64,000 nucleotides of DNA from contig JBBTTA010000001.1 of NCBI GenBank assembly GCA_038064475.1, positions 187,795 through 251,794 of the forward strand. The letters run 5' to 3'. A model generated the notes under the pieces. The model did not search any database. It was given only the letters and a program-made list of their open reading frames with translations, and was not told the DNA's origin. Positions 25,053-35,529 of this stretch are shown here, piece after piece. Every line of letters starts with the position of its first letter. Position 1 is the stretch's first letter. A program made the position numbers and the translations under genes. This DNA comes from Patescibacteria group bacterium. Its GTDB lineage: Bacteria > Patescibacteriota > Minisyncoccia > Phycocordibacterales > EsbW-18.

Positions 25053-25319
25053 CTAGTAAGGCCAACCGCGTCGGGCTGGAATCACCAAAACCGGCGATTG
25101 ACTGAGAAGCGAAAGCCTGTGCTTGCTGTACGGAACCGAGCAATTCGCGCAGAGAGGGTCGGGATTGACACCCCCCTCCAAGTGCGCAAACTGCCCACAA
25201 CTCTCGCGCTCTTGAGGAACTTCGGCACCGTACACCTCCAGAGGGTCCCCCGGAAAGATGATGTCTGAAGGGAAACTGAACTCGTCTACTTTTTTGGAGT
25301 TGACGGGATCTTCACTCAT
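25053..25319 (-). CDS. Small hypothetical protein (Cys/His-containing)
   Basis: SD aaggag upstream; hairpin gaccccgct-atg-agcggggtc (25019-25039) downstream. Confidence 0.5.
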   Translation of the reverse strand: MSEDPVNSKKVDEFSFPSDIIFPGDPLEVYGAEVPQERESCGQFAHLEGGVNPDPLCANCSVPYSKHRLSLLSQSPVLVIPARRGWPY

Positions 25320-25387
25320 ACGCTGCTCCTTTTAAGAGTTGTTGTTCACCTATAAAAGACTCTATGCCGCAAAAAGTATGTTGTCAA

Positions 25388-26287
25388 CTACGTTTGAAGC
25401 GCGAGCTGTGCGAGCGCGAGTGCTCCTTCTTTTGTTTTTGCGACTGCCATAAAGCGTTTGTTATGACAAAAGACTGAATCAGAGACTCCGGATACTTCCG
25501 CGAGTTCTGCATCGCGTTTTCCCGCCCATGACTCTGGCAAACTTTTTCTATTTTTATAAACACGAACATCATCAACTGCACAGACCACTTGCCATATTCC
25601 TGTTTCATGCGAACGAATGAAGTAATATACCTCAGGAAATACTTCGCAAGCTTCCATAAGAAGTTCTCGGGAAGCACGTTCTTCTGTATCAAAAACTAGA
25701 ATGCTTTTATCGGTTGTTGCCAAATACACTTCTCTAGCGTATTCAAAAACACGCATACGCTCTTTTGAAAATATAATTTCTTTCTCAAGAAGCAGAGCCG
25801 CCCACGTTACAGCTTCAAGAAAAGCATCATACATTTTCCCTTCGGTATCTGCACCTGTTTTGAACGCAAACAAAGCAACTGAAAGTGTGTATGATGACAC
25901 ATCGGGAAAAAGTGGAGAAGCAATATCAACACCATTATCATGCGCATCAATAGGTTGTACGACACGAAGATCAACATCATCAGCAACCTCCTGTGCGCCA
26001 CACAAGTCCTTTCCAAATTTCTTCCATATCAAACCAAATGCTGCATATGGAATTTTATTTGTGCGTACGCCAGCACCACCTGCTTGGTGGTGATCAAATC
26101 TATGTGCAGAAGGATCGTCAATACCACCCATATCGAGCACGTAATCACCTATTGCAATAATTTCTGGATCACGTGTACGTACTACTTCAATATTTTCTTT
26201 TCCTAAAAGGAGTGAGAGAGCAGCAACACCAAACACATCATCTGCGTGAAAACCACCACTATGCGTAACAACTTTTATCTTAGTCAT
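25388..26287 (-). CDS. MYG1-family metal-dependent hydrolase/exonuclease
   Basis: THSGGFHADD, RTRD, FDHHQ, IDAHDNG, LPESWAG, VFCH. Confidence 0.92.
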   Translation of the reverse strand: MTKIKVVTHSGGFHADDVFGVAALSLLLGKENIEVVRTRDPEIIAIGDYVLDMGGIDDPSAHRFDHHQAGGAGVRTNKIPYAAFGLIWKKFGKDLCGAQEVADDVDLRVVQPIDAHDNGVDIASPLFPDVSSYTLSVALFAFKTGADTEGKMYDAFLEAVTWAALLLEKEIIFSKERMRVFEYAREVYLATTDKSILVFDTEERASRELLMEACEVFPEVYYFIRSHETGIWQVVCAVDDVRVYKNRKSLPESWAGKRDAELAEVSGVSDSVFCHNKRFMAVAKTKEGALALAQLALQT

Positions 26288-26621
26288 CCTTTGAGAAGCG
26301 CCCAACAATCCATGACACTACAGAAATAAGCAACGCTCCGATGAATGCTGGGATAAATCCGTCAATTGAGAAGCCATCGATGAAGCTTGCGACGAACCAG
26401 AGCAACAATGCATTGATGACGAATGTAAAAAGTCCGAGAGTAATAATGTTTATTGGAAGCGTCAAAATGACGACGATTGGCTTGATGATGAGATTCACGA
26501 GACCAAGCACAACAGCAACGATAAGTGCTGTGACAAAACTTGCGACAGCAAATCCTGGCACAACGTAGGCAACCAAAAGTAATGTTGCCGCAGTTACAAT
26601 CAATTTAATGAGTATGTGCAT
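26280..26621 (-). CDS. YvlD / phage-holin-4 family membrane protein
   Basis: LGLVNLIIKPIVVILTLPINIITLGLFTFVINALLL. Confidence 0.9.
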   Translation of the reverse strand: MHILIKLIVTAATLLLVAYVVPGFAVASFVTALIVAVVLGLVNLIIKPIVVILTLPINIITLGLFTFVINALLLWFVASFIDGFSIDGFIPAFIGALLISVVSWIVGRFSKDD

Positions 26622-26660
26622 AAGAGAGTAAAAAGTAATATGTAAAAAGTAATGAGTAAC

Positions 26661-27332
26661 TTATTCTACCGAACCTTCCTCTGTAGGTAGTATAACATTT
26701 GCCGCCTTCTTCCGACGCCACCACAAGAAGCCGGCAACAGAGACAACTAAAAGAATGAGAACGATGTTGTTGATATGCTCGACCACCGTCGCATATCTGT
26801 GATAGATCGAAGCGAATTGCCACCCCACAAACCCCGACCACAAGGCACGAATAATAGAACCAAAAAAAGTATGGAATAAAAACGAGCCCAAGGGCCAGCG
26901 CACGATGCCACAAAAGATATTGATTGCTAAAGACGGCATGAGTGGAAACGATCGAGCGGCAAAAAGAATCACTTCATCTGTTCGATGCCCTTTCATGTAC
27001 CCCTGTAATTTCTCAATATCGTTCCACGAAAAACCTATTTTGCTTCCCCACTTCTCGACAATTGGACGGCCCCCCAAATACACAACGCCGTAGACAATCG
27101 TAGCTCCAAGTGTAAGCCCTGCGGCAATAGGAAGACCTACCATCCAAAAAAGTTTGAGTAGTGAAGCAAACGATAGCGACGCGCCTTCAAGAAAAACAAA
27201 TCCCGCAGTTACAGTAACAAGTGTTGATGGAATCGGAGGAATAATCTCCTGAAGAAAAGCAAGCCCAAATACCCCCCATGGTCCAAAAGCGAGAAAAGTT
27301 GTTTGTACACTAGCAATGAGTGTTTCAAGCAT
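26661..27332 (-). CDS. DedA/VTT-family membrane protein
   Basis: FLQEIIPPIPS, YLGGRP, ARSFPLMPS. Confidence 0.88.
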   Translation of the reverse strand: MLETLIASVQTTFLAFGPWGVFGLAFLQEIIPPIPSTLVTVTAGFVFLEGASLSFASLLKLFWMVGLPIAAGLTLGATIVYGVVYLGGRPIVEKWGSKIGFSWNDIEKLQGYMKGHRTDEVILFAARSFPLMPSLAINIFCGIVRWPLGSFLFHTFFGSIIRALWSGFVGWQFASIYHRYATVVEHINNIVLILLVVSVAGFLWWRRKKAANVILPTEEGSVE

Positions 27333-27335
27333 AGA

Positions 27336-29861
27336 TTAGAGCATCTTCCATTCCCCTGTCGCAATGAGCGATTCTGCTTTTTTAAATTTCATCTCACGCG
27401 TTTCGCTACCATTAGTAATTTTCACTGTATCATTTCGTCCAATCTTTTCTTTTGTGTGAAGAGGTGTGTTTGTCGTCGTGCCATCACCACCGAGTGTCTT
27501 CAATTTTTCATGCTCTTTGCGGAGCCGTTCTTCTTCGCGCGCAAATGCACCTGCACCAATTCTTGGAATCATTTCCATAATCTGATTCGCAACAGCCTCC
27601 TGCATTTCACGAAAGAGACGAATGCCCTCGCGTTGGTATTCAACAAGAGGGTCACGCTGACCATATGCACGAAGACTTACTGATGAGCGTGTGTAGTCCA
27701 TAAGCTCGAGATGTTCAACCCAGAGCATATCGATTGTTTGGAGAATAAGACGACGTGCTGCTTCAAAAAAGGCTTCGTCACCAAGTGTTTTTCGTTTTTC
27801 TTCAATCGATTTGAGTATTGCCTCATCTCCTGCAACATATTCCAGAAGCACAGTCTCAACATCGTCTTGTGTTCCCAACAAAATTTGTTTACGACGACTG
27901 TAGACTGCAGTACGTTGTGTATTCAATACATCGTCAAACTCAAGCACGTGTTTTCGCGCATCAAAGTTCAATCCTTCAATCTTTTTCTGTGCAGATTCAA
28001 GTGAGCGATTAATGAGACTGTTTTCAATTGGCATGTCCTCTGGTATACCGAGCTTCCCCATCATTGTTTTTACGGTGTCAGATGCAAACACACGCATAAG
28101 CTGGTCTTCAAGAGAAACAAAGAACTGCGTTTCACCGGGGTCTCCTTGGCGACCGGAACGTCCACGGAGCTGATCGTCGATGCGTCGTGCTTCATGACGC
28201 TCTGTACCAAGCACAAACAAACCACCGAGTGATTTCACGTCTTCGTACTCCTCTTTTGATGCGAGCGCACCACCGAGTTTGATGTCGACACCACGACCGG
28301 CCATGTTTGTTGCAACGGTCACCGATCCTTTGTGTCCCGCCTGCGCAACAATCTCACCTTCGCGTTCGTGGTTTTTCGCGTTCAAGATTGTGTGTTCAAC
28401 GCCCTCTTGCTCTAGATACATCGACAACATTTCGTTTTTCTCAACAGACACCGTACCAATCAACACCGGCTGTCCTTTTTCTTGAAGTTCTTTTGTTTTC
28501 TTTGCAATCGCGGCAAATTTTCCTTGTTCGGTTTGATAAATGAAATCGTTTTTATCAGAACGCTGAATTGCCTTATTTGTTGGCACGAGAATTACCTGAA
28601 GTCCATACACTTTGTAGAACTCTTCTGCGCTTGTCTGTGCAGTACCCGTCATGCCCGAAAGCTTTTTGTAGAGACGGAAATAGTTTTGATATGTGATTGA
28701 CGCGAACGTACGAGATTCATCCTGAATACGTACACCCTCCTTCGCTTCAATTGCTTGGTGCAATCCTTCTGACCATCGGCGTGATGGTTGCATTCGGCCC
28801 GTAAACTCATCGATGATGACAATCTCATCGTCTTTCACCACATATTGCTGGTCGCGTTTATAGAGTGCTTTTGCACGAACAGCAGTTTGCAAATGATGCA
28901 CGTATCGTGTGCCGGCATCTGTATAAATATTTTCTACCCCAAGAACCTTCTCTGCTTTTTGAATTCCCGCATCGGTGAGCAAGACTGCATGCTTCTTTTC
29001 ATCAACTTCGTAGTCCTCAACTTCGTTCAGGGTGCTCGCAATACGCGCAAATGTCGTGTAGAGCTCTCCTGTACCACGTGCCGTCATCGAAATAATGAGT
29101 GGTGTGCGCGCTTCATCGATGAGAATAGAGTCAATTTCGTCGACAATAGCATAGTTGTGTCCCCCCTCATCTGGCATCCTCTGTGCCAAGTCCTCTTTTC
29201 GATACACCGTATTATCACGAAGGTAGTCAAAGCCGAATTCGCTGTTTGTTCCGTAGGTAATATCCGCGCGATAGACGTCATGTTTTGACGCGGGACGCAA
29301 AAATTCATGTACAACTTTGAAAGACCCTTCCGCATCGCGTTCTTTATCTGCTTCTGTATGTGATGGATCGTAGAGGAACGATTGATTCTGCCCATTAATA
29401 ACTCCGACCGAAAGTCCAAGGAATGCGTAAATTTGTCCCATCCATGTTGCATCACGACGTGCGAGGTAATCGTTCACCGTTACGATGTGCACGCCCTTGC
29501 CACTAAGCGCATTTAAATATGCAGGCAATGTTGCAACGAGTGTTTTTCCTTCACCAGTGCGCATTTCTGCAATTGAGTGATTGTGCAAAATAATGCCACC
29601 CATGAGTTGCACGTCGTAGTGTCGCTGTCCAAGTGTACGCTTTGAAGCTTCACGCACCGCTGCGAATGCGCGTGGCAAAATATCATCGAGAGCTTTTCCA
29701 TTCGCGAGTTCTTGTTTTAGTTCAACCGTAACATTCTTCAAGTCAGCGTCAGAACGTTTCTCCATCTCTTGTTCAAGTACATTTATAGATGCAATTAAAG
29801 GATCGTATTTCTTGAGAAATCGTGTTGTGTCACTTCCAAAAAGTCCTTGTAAAAAGCTCAT
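27336..29861 (-). CDS. secA: Preprotein translocase ATPase SecA
   Basis: EMRTGEGKT, VDEIDSILIDEARTPLIIS, ATNMAGRG, QLRGRSGRQGDPG. Confidence 0.98.
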   Translation of the reverse strand: MSFLQGLFGSDTTRFLKKYDPLIASINVLEQEMEKRSDADLKNVTVELKQELANGKALDDILPRAFAAVREASKRTLGQRHYDVQLMGGIILHNHSIAEMRTGEGKTLVATLPAYLNALSGKGVHIVTVNDYLARRDATWMGQIYAFLGLSVGVINGQNQSFLYDPSHTEADKERDAEGSFKVVHEFLRPASKHDVYRADITYGTNSEFGFDYLRDNTVYRKEDLAQRMPDEGGHNYAIVDEIDSILIDEARTPLIISMTARGTGELYTTFARIASTLNEVEDYEVDEKKHAVLLTDAGIQKAEKVLGVENIYTDAGTRYVHHLQTAVRAKALYKRDQQYVVKDDEIVIIDEFTGRMQPSRRWSEGLHQAIEAKEGVRIQDESRTFASITYQNYFRLYKKLSGMTGTAQTSAEEFYKVYGLQVILVPTNKAIQRSDKNDFIYQTEQGKFAAIAKKTKELQEKGQPVLIGTVSVEKNEMLSMYLEQEGVEHTILNAKNHEREGEIVAQAGHKGSVTVATNMAGRGVDIKLGGALASKEEYEDVKSLGGLFVLGTERHEARRIDDQLRGRSGRQGDPGETQFFVSLEDQLMRVFASDTVKTMMGKLGIPEDMPIENSLINRSLESAQKKIEGLNFDARKHVLEFDDVLNTQRTAVYSRRKQILLGTQDDVETVLLEYVAGDEAILKSIEEKRKTLGDEAFFEAARRLILQTIDMLWVEHLELMDYTRSSVSLRAYGQRDPLVEYQREGIRLFREMQEAVANQIMEMIPRIGAGAFAREEERLRKEHEKLKTLGGDGTTTNTPLHTKEKIGRNDTVKITNGSETREMKFKKAESLIATGEWKML

Positions 29862-29916
29862 ATGGGCGTTGATTTTTCATATTTTAGCACAAAACGCGAC
29901 TTCGGAGAACAGAAAT

Positions 29917-29944
29917 ACAAATCCCCGCGTAAGCGGGGTTTTGT
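29917..29944 (-). terminator. Terminator after the small basic ORF
   Basis: acaaatccccgc-gtaa-gcggggttttgt. Confidence 0.7.
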
Positions 29945-29963
29945 ATAAGTGGAACAAAGATGA

Positions 29964-30056
29964 CTAGCGTCGTGATCGCTTTGACTTCTTTGCAGCCTTG
30001 CGCTTCGTTGTGCGCTTTGCTGTCTTCTTCTTTGCTGCCTTTCGTTTTTTGGCCAT
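29964..30056 (-). CDS. 30 aa Lys/Arg/Ala-rich peptide (histone H1/protamine-like composition)
   Basis: MAKKRKAAKKKTAKRTTKRKAAKKSKRSRR*, 18/30 residues basic, followed by a terminator. Confidence 0.7.
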   Translation of the reverse strand: MAKKRKAAKKKTAKRTTKRKAAKKSKRSRR

Positions 30057-30391
30057 ATGTGTGATTACAATCTAGATTGTAACGGTAAACTTTTTGTAAA
30101 GGTCGACCCTGCACATCCCGCGTCGTAACACGCATGACATGCTGTGCACTACATTTAGTATCGTGCAATGCACACACGAACACAATGGTTTTTTCACATT
30201 GTTGTGGATAACTATTCGCTCACAAAAAGTTCTAAAAATCACGAAAAAATCCTGCTAGATTTTTTCTCTGTACAATGCCGTCGCATCTCCCAAGGATTTT
30301 TAGAACTTTTTGTTCACTCCTTGCGCAAATACGAGGTTTTTAAAATAAAAAACACTCATTCCCCCGTTAAAATACAAAAAATACTTATCCC

Positions 30392-31411
30392 CTAAAGAGA
30401 GACAACCTCACGTTCTATGTGTATTCCAGTTGCAGCAAAAACTTTTTCTTCAACATGATGCGCAAATGAATGTATCTCTTTCTCTGTTGCCCCCGCGTAT
30501 GCAACAAGTACGAGTGGTTGGTGCTCAAACAATGCGACGTTTCCTTCTCTATACCCCTTGAGATGGCACACCTTGTCCAGAACCCATGCGAGCGAAATCT
30601 TGCTCATTGTTTCTGACACAGGAAATACAGGGATATCTGGATATACCCCCTTCAGGCGAGTGCTTTCCTCTATAGATACAATGGGGTTCTTAAAAAATGA
30701 CCCCGCCGTACCAACGTGCGTCAGGTCAGGAAATTTTTTTGAACGAATCTGCAATACTCCCTCTCGAATTTCAGATAGTGTCGGATTTTTCTCACCAAAA
30801 CGCTCTCTGAGATCTTTGTACGCAATAGTAGGCTGTACTTTTTTTGAAAGAGAAAAAGATACGTTTGTAATAATGTACTGTCCTTGTGGCGCGTGTTTGA
30901 AAAAACTATCGCGATACGCAAACTGACATTCTGTATTTGAAAATACGCGCATCGATTCTTTGTGAGTGTCGTATGCTCGCACGTCGGTGATAACACCCTT
31001 CACCTCAACACTGTACGCTCCAACATTTTGAATTGGTGTTGCTCCAACTGTTCCTGGTATTCCTGAAAGATTTTCGACTCCCCATACACCTTTCTCAACC
31101 ATCTGTGAAACAAATGCATCCCACGAAACTCCAGCACCAGCATGAATATGTACATTCTCATTCTCTTCTGCAACATGCACACCTTGTATATCCATTTTAA
31201 TAACACAACCATCGAATCCATCATCTGAACACAAAATGTTTGAGCCACCACCAATCACATTCCATCGAATGTGTTTGTGTTTTAGCTCACGAATGATACC
31301 AACAAGTTCTTCTTCACTTGAAACAGACACAAAGAAGCGCGCCTTTCCTCCGGCGCGCAGTGTGGTGTGATCGCCCAGCGACACATTCTCCTCCATGTGC
31401 GGTCCGTCCAT
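30392..31411 (-). CDS. murB: UDP-N-acetylmuramate dehydrogenase
   Basis: IGGGSNIL, GIPGTVGATPIQNVGAY, FAYRDSFFK, TAGSFFKNP; start uncertain. Confidence 0.95.
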   Translation of the reverse strand: MDGPHMEENVSLGDHTTLRAGGKARFFVSVSSEEELVGIIRELKHKHIRWNVIGGGSNILCSDDGFDGCVIKMDIQGVHVAEENENVHIHAGAGVSWDAFVSQMVEKGVWGVENLSGIPGTVGATPIQNVGAYSVEVKGVITDVRAYDTHKESMRVFSNTECQFAYRDSFFKHAPQGQYIITNVSFSLSKKVQPTIAYKDLRERFGEKNPTLSEIREGVLQIRSKKFPDLTHVGTAGSFFKNPIVSIEESTRLKGVYPDIPVFPVSETMSKISLAWVLDKVCHLKGYREGNVALFEHQPLVLVAYAGATEKEIHSFAHHVEEKVFAATGIHIEREVVSL

Positions 31412-31570
31412 GCATGACCGGCGGGTGCTAAGCTCCACGGTATGTTCTATGTGAGTGCAGCCGCCGGCCGTGCCTAGAAAGACAATCGTCATGGTATCAC
31501 CCATACTCGTGTGCAAATCGTGAAGTGTGAACTTCCTGTGGAAAGCGTTTGAACTAAGTTTTAGCTATGC

Positions 31571-33070
31571 TTACTGGGCTCCAAAACTATAGAGTCGTTT
31601 AACCTCTTCTGCCCTTAACCCCCGACTATAAACACGCGCATCATCAAGAGTTCCAGAAAGGAGAGACCCATCACTTGCACACGTCGCAGCACCAGCCTCA
31701 CGTCCAATACAAAGTGTATTGCTGTTTGCATACGACACGACACCACTGAATGAAGAGTTTGTATCAACCGCTACACCGTTTAAATAAAGAACAAAGGTAG
31801 AACCGTTGTATGTTGCAAATACGTGATACCACGTATTATTCGAAAGGTTTGATGCAGCATACGTAACTGTACGATATGCACCTCCCACAAAAACAACTGC
31901 GCACAACGTACTTGCCGCACATGTACTGTTTTCATTTAAGCTCATCTGATAGCCCCCACTTTCTGTTTTCGAAAATAATTTTTGATTGAGTGCAGTCTTA
32001 TCAGAAAATTTTACCCATGTACCAAAAGAAACGGCAGCTGTTGGCGCAAGACCAGCAACATATGGAACAGTAACGTGGTCATTAACACCATCAAAATTAA
32101 GTCCTTGCCCAATGCGACCAATTGCCGTTGTTGTTGATGTAAACGAAGCAAGTGTACCGTTGTTACTATTTCCACTCGAGTCCATAACTTTTGGTGTCAT
32201 GTTCTTGCCGTCAAACGTCCAATGCCCCACGAGACTTGATTGAAGAGACGCTGCAAGTGATCCTCCGCTTTGTGGCACTACTCCTACTTTTGATCCAGCA
32301 CCAAGTGTGTAAAGCCGATTAATTTCTGCAACAGACAGCGCTCGGTTATATACGCGCATATCGTCAATAACACCAGGAAAATATGATGTGGACAATAAAC
32401 TATTTCCTCCGAGCTGTACGCCGGTGCTTTCTGGAATTATTGTTGCTGTGGCACCCGTACCATCTGCAACTCCATTGAAATATGTTTGTGTCACACCAGC
32501 ATTTGAAACAACAGAAATATGTGTCCATACATTTTCAGGTACTTTCGTTGTTGTTGTAACATCAATACCTCCAGCACCGCCAATGAAAAAGCGAGCTGCG
32601 TCGTTGCCGTTTGCGGCTCGGGAGTCAGCCGAAAAAATAGTGCGCCCTGTTCCTGCGTTATATTGAGAAAAGACAATATATTCTCTTTCTATCGAGAGTG
32701 CTTCGTTGTTTAATTTTATCCATGCACTTAAGGAAAATGTGGTGGTTGTAAGAAGTGGGCTGCTCCCTACCGTGACTTTATCGTCACTCCCATCAAAAAT
32801 CAGTGCCTGACCTATACGACCAACCCCTGTGGTTGTTGATGTAAATCCAGCAAGCACGCCCGTGTTCTCCTGTCCACTCGAGTCCATAACTTTTGGTGTC
32901 ATGTTCTTGCCATCAAACGTCCAATACCCGACAAGCCCCGAATTAAGCGATGAGCCAATATTAAAAAAGGATTTTACAAAAGAAATAAAGCTTGCGTGGG
33001 TAGCCAGAGGCACCACGCTTAACCAGCATATGAGTAGTACTGCACAAAAACGGACCAACCCCTGTTTCAT
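31571..33070 (-). CDS. Secreted protein with two LamG (concanavalin A-like) domains
   Basis: Two LVG(Y/H)WTFDG...DSSG...G.IDD.RVYNR units; signal peptide. Confidence 0.9.
   Translation of the reverse strand: MKQGLVRFCAVLLICWLSVVPLATHASFISFVKSFFNIGSSLNSGLVGYWTFDGKNMTPKVMDSSGQENTGVLAGFTSTTTGVGRIGQALIFDGSDDKVTVGSSPLLTTTTFSLSAWIKLNNEALSIEREYIVFSQYNAGTGRTIFSADSRAANGNDAARFFIGGAGGIDVTTTTKVPENVWTHISVVSNAGVTQTYFNGVADGTGATATIIPESTGVQLGGNSLLSTSYFPGVIDDMRVYNRALSVAEINRLYTLGAGSKVGVVPQSGGSLAASLQSSLVGHWTFDGKNMTPKVMDSSGNSNNGTLASFTSTTTAIGRIGQGLNFDGVNDHVTVPYVAGLAPTAAVSFGTWVKFSDKTALNQKLFSKTESGGYQMSLNENSTCAASTLCAVVFVGGAYRTVTYAASNLSNNTWYHVFATYNGSTFVLYLNGVAVDTNSSFSGVVSYANSNTLCIGREAGAATCASDGSLLSGTLDDARVYSRGLRAEEVKRLYSFGAQ
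32171..32925 (-). repeat. 53 bp near-identical repeat at the start of both LamG domains
   Basis: 32171-32223 versus 32873-32925, 1 mismatch. Confidence 0.85.
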
Positions 33071-33237
33071 GCCTACAGTATACACAAACAAAAAGGGACT
33101 GACATGTATCTAGAAACAAAAACTCCGCCGAAGGCGGAATCTTTGCGAACATATCAGTGTGGAGCGTAGAACGCCGCCGCACTCACACGAGCACTATAGC
33201 ATGTCTCGACTCATTTTGCAAGCACTCTACAAATAAT

Positions 33238-35346
33238 CTAGGGTGTTTTTATCTCTACCTTGTATCCAGATTTAATTGCATCAATAATCGAGCGCCCTTG
33301 CGCCTCAAATTCTTTATTAAGTTCGATGGCTTTCTCAAAATACACAACTGCTTTTGTTTCATTCCCGGTGTTGAGATGAGTTGTCCCAAGCAAGAAGTAT
33401 GTTTCTGCGTCTTCTGGTTCTTCGGCAAGATATTGTTCAAGTACTTCAATTTGAGTCTTCACGAGTTGCGTATCTCCCAAAAGATATGCAGCAACAATAT
33501 ATTGGAGACGTGCTTCTTTAAAGTCAGGCGCAAGTTCAAAGGTATATTTATACACATCAAATGACTCTTGATATCGCTCTAACTTTCGCAGAACTATGCC
33601 CTTTTCAAGAAGCGTGATCTGTCGGTTTGGGTTGATAGCAAGTGCATCATTGATTGGTATAAGTGCCTCTTCGAACGCCCCAACATCGACGAGCGTTGAT
33701 GCCATGAAATAAAGCGGACGAGTGTTTGTCGGATCCTGCACTGTTTGCTCATGTAACTCATTCAGTGCCTGATTGAGAAACGTTACTTTTGTGTCTTCGG
33801 GTAGTTCGCTTCTCACAACACGCAATGCCGTTTGTCCGAATTGCTCACGTGTTTCCTCCTTGCCCAAAAAACCTTTTGTGAGTGCAGTTTGAAAATCATT
33901 GTAAATCCCTCCAACATCACTACCGCCTAATGCCTTGATAAGCGTCTGTGCTCTCGAAAACGCAGGGACGTTAACGGTATAGAGCACAACAACACCCACA
34001 ACAACAGTTGTAATACTCAATGCAAGACGGGTGCTTTCTCCTAATCCTTTCGTTTTGTTTTGCGCAGGAACAATCTCTTTTTCAACACGAGCGTGCGTAT
34101 GTAGGTATGCAAGCAAGAATACAAAGAGAATGTAGCTGATGAGGTTATCAAACACAAAAAGATTATGGAAGAAATATCCTGCAAAAAGTCCCGTAAAGAT
34201 TGCTTTTTCAACAATGCTCAAACCGTTTGTTTTTTTCCACAATACAACAAGCGCTGTACCGAAGAGGAACAGATATGCCAAAAGCGCGAGTACCCCACCT
34301 GCAACAAGCCAATCAAGAAAGACGTTGTGGGCGCGATCAAACCATGGTTCCTGACGGTGCATTTCAGGCGCATAGTATTTTCCAAACACATGTATAAAGT
34401 TGTCCTGTCCCCATCCAAGAACTGGGTGCTCTTTAAAACCTTCCCATGCAATCTTTTCCCATAAAATAAAACGGGATTGCGTTGTTATTTCAGTGAACGA
34501 GATGGTTCCAAACCGATTTAACACAGGGTTTCCTTTTACAAATTCTGTTCCGCGCCCGAGGTATACACTTGCGGCAAGTGCGGCAATACTAATAATGATG
34601 GCCGCAGAAATACGGCGCGCACGTGGATGTTCTTTTCCAAAAATCGCAACGAGAAGTGCCGCCAAACCAAGTCCCCCAATTACACCTAAAATAGTTCCTC
34701 GTGTTGCGGTGTGATACAGCGCAAAAAATTGAAGAAGAAGTGCGCCTGCATAGACGAGGCGCATTATTTTTTCCTGTCGTGCACGGTATAGGAGCCAGAG
34801 CGCAAGAAAGATGTGAAAGAGCATATACACCGCAAGGTATGTTGGATTACCGAACGTCGCACCAAGACGCGCGCCGACGTGGTATGTGCCAAAGAGACTC
34901 GCAGTTTCTCCAATGACATAGAGCCCGATAAATGCACTCACCCCAACTGTTGTTGCGAACAAGCGTTTCCATGCCTGTTCCGTTTTCAAAAATGATCCCA
35001 GTACGAGGAAGTACGCGAAAAGATGAAGGAGTGTGACATACCCTTCCATGCGCTCGAAGTTACTCCAGAAACTTCGTAGCGGGCTTTCGCCAAATATTGT
35101 TGCAAGTCCCATGATACCGACGAGTCCCGCAAGTGCCCATGCAACAAGAGAACGTCGTGGGCGATATGTTGCATCTCGCATGATGAGCAACAACCACGCG
35201 GCAAAGATAATTTCAACCGTGATGCGAAATGCAAATGCTTTTCCGGTGATAAACGGAAAAAACATCGAGTTCGTTACGATGAGCGGTATAAAGGGAACAA
35301 AAAAAATACCGCACTGAATGATCCGCCGCGAAATTCGTTCAACCAT
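33238..35346 (-). CDS. O-antigen ligase-like (Wzy_C) membrane protein with C-terminal TPRs
   Basis: ATFGNPTYLA, TATRG, HPVLGWGQDNF, DRAHNVFLD; TPR-like tail. Confidence 0.9.
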   Translation of the reverse strand: MVERISRRIIQCGIFFVPFIPLIVTNSMFFPFITGKAFAFRITVEIIFAAWLLLIMRDATYRPRRSLVAWALAGLVGIMGLATIFGESPLRSFWSNFERMEGYVTLLHLFAYFLVLGSFLKTEQAWKRLFATTVGVSAFIGLYVIGETASLFGTYHVGARLGATFGNPTYLAVYMLFHIFLALWLLYRARQEKIMRLVYAGALLLQFFALYHTATRGTILGVIGGLGLAALLVAIFGKEHPRARRISAAIIISIAALAASVYLGRGTEFVKGNPVLNRFGTISFTEITTQSRFILWEKIAWEGFKEHPVLGWGQDNFIHVFGKYYAPEMHRQEPWFDRAHNVFLDWLVAGGVLALLAYLFLFGTALVVLWKKTNGLSIVEKAIFTGLFAGYFFHNLFVFDNLISYILFVFLLAYLHTHARVEKEIVPAQNKTKGLGESTRLALSITTVVVGVVVLYTVNVPAFSRAQTLIKALGGSDVGGIYNDFQTALTKGFLGKEETREQFGQTALRVVRSELPEDTKVTFLNQALNELHEQTVQDPTNTRPLYFMASTLVDVGAFEEALIPINDALAINPNRQITLLEKGIVLRKLERYQESFDVYKYTFELAPDFKEARLQYIVAAYLLGDTQLVKTQIEVLEQYLAEEPEDAETYFLLGTTHLNTGNETKAVVYFEKAIELNKEFEAQGRSIIDAIKSGYKVEIKTP

Positions 35347-35393
35347 ATGGCGAAACTATAGCATCTAGCAGAGGCCCCTTCAATTATGTACAC

Positions 35394-35493
35394 CCCGTTA
35401 GAGATTGTGTTTTATGCACAAAATGATCCCCCTGACGCATGGGGTGTTTCTTCCATCATTTAAAAACAGCCTTCTCTTCCAATCTCTAACGGG
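35394..35493. mobile_element. 100 bp MITE-like element
   Basis: cccgttagagattg / caatctctaacggg termini; GTACAC at 35388-35393 and 35494-35499. Confidence 0.75.
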
Positions 35494-35529
35494 GTACACT
35501 ATCCCTATCATTCTTTTGTTTGAACACCT

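Noticed and set aside
26280-26621. Holin as evidence for a prophage
   Set aside because: YvlD-type membrane proteins are common chromosomal genes and no phage structural genes are nearby
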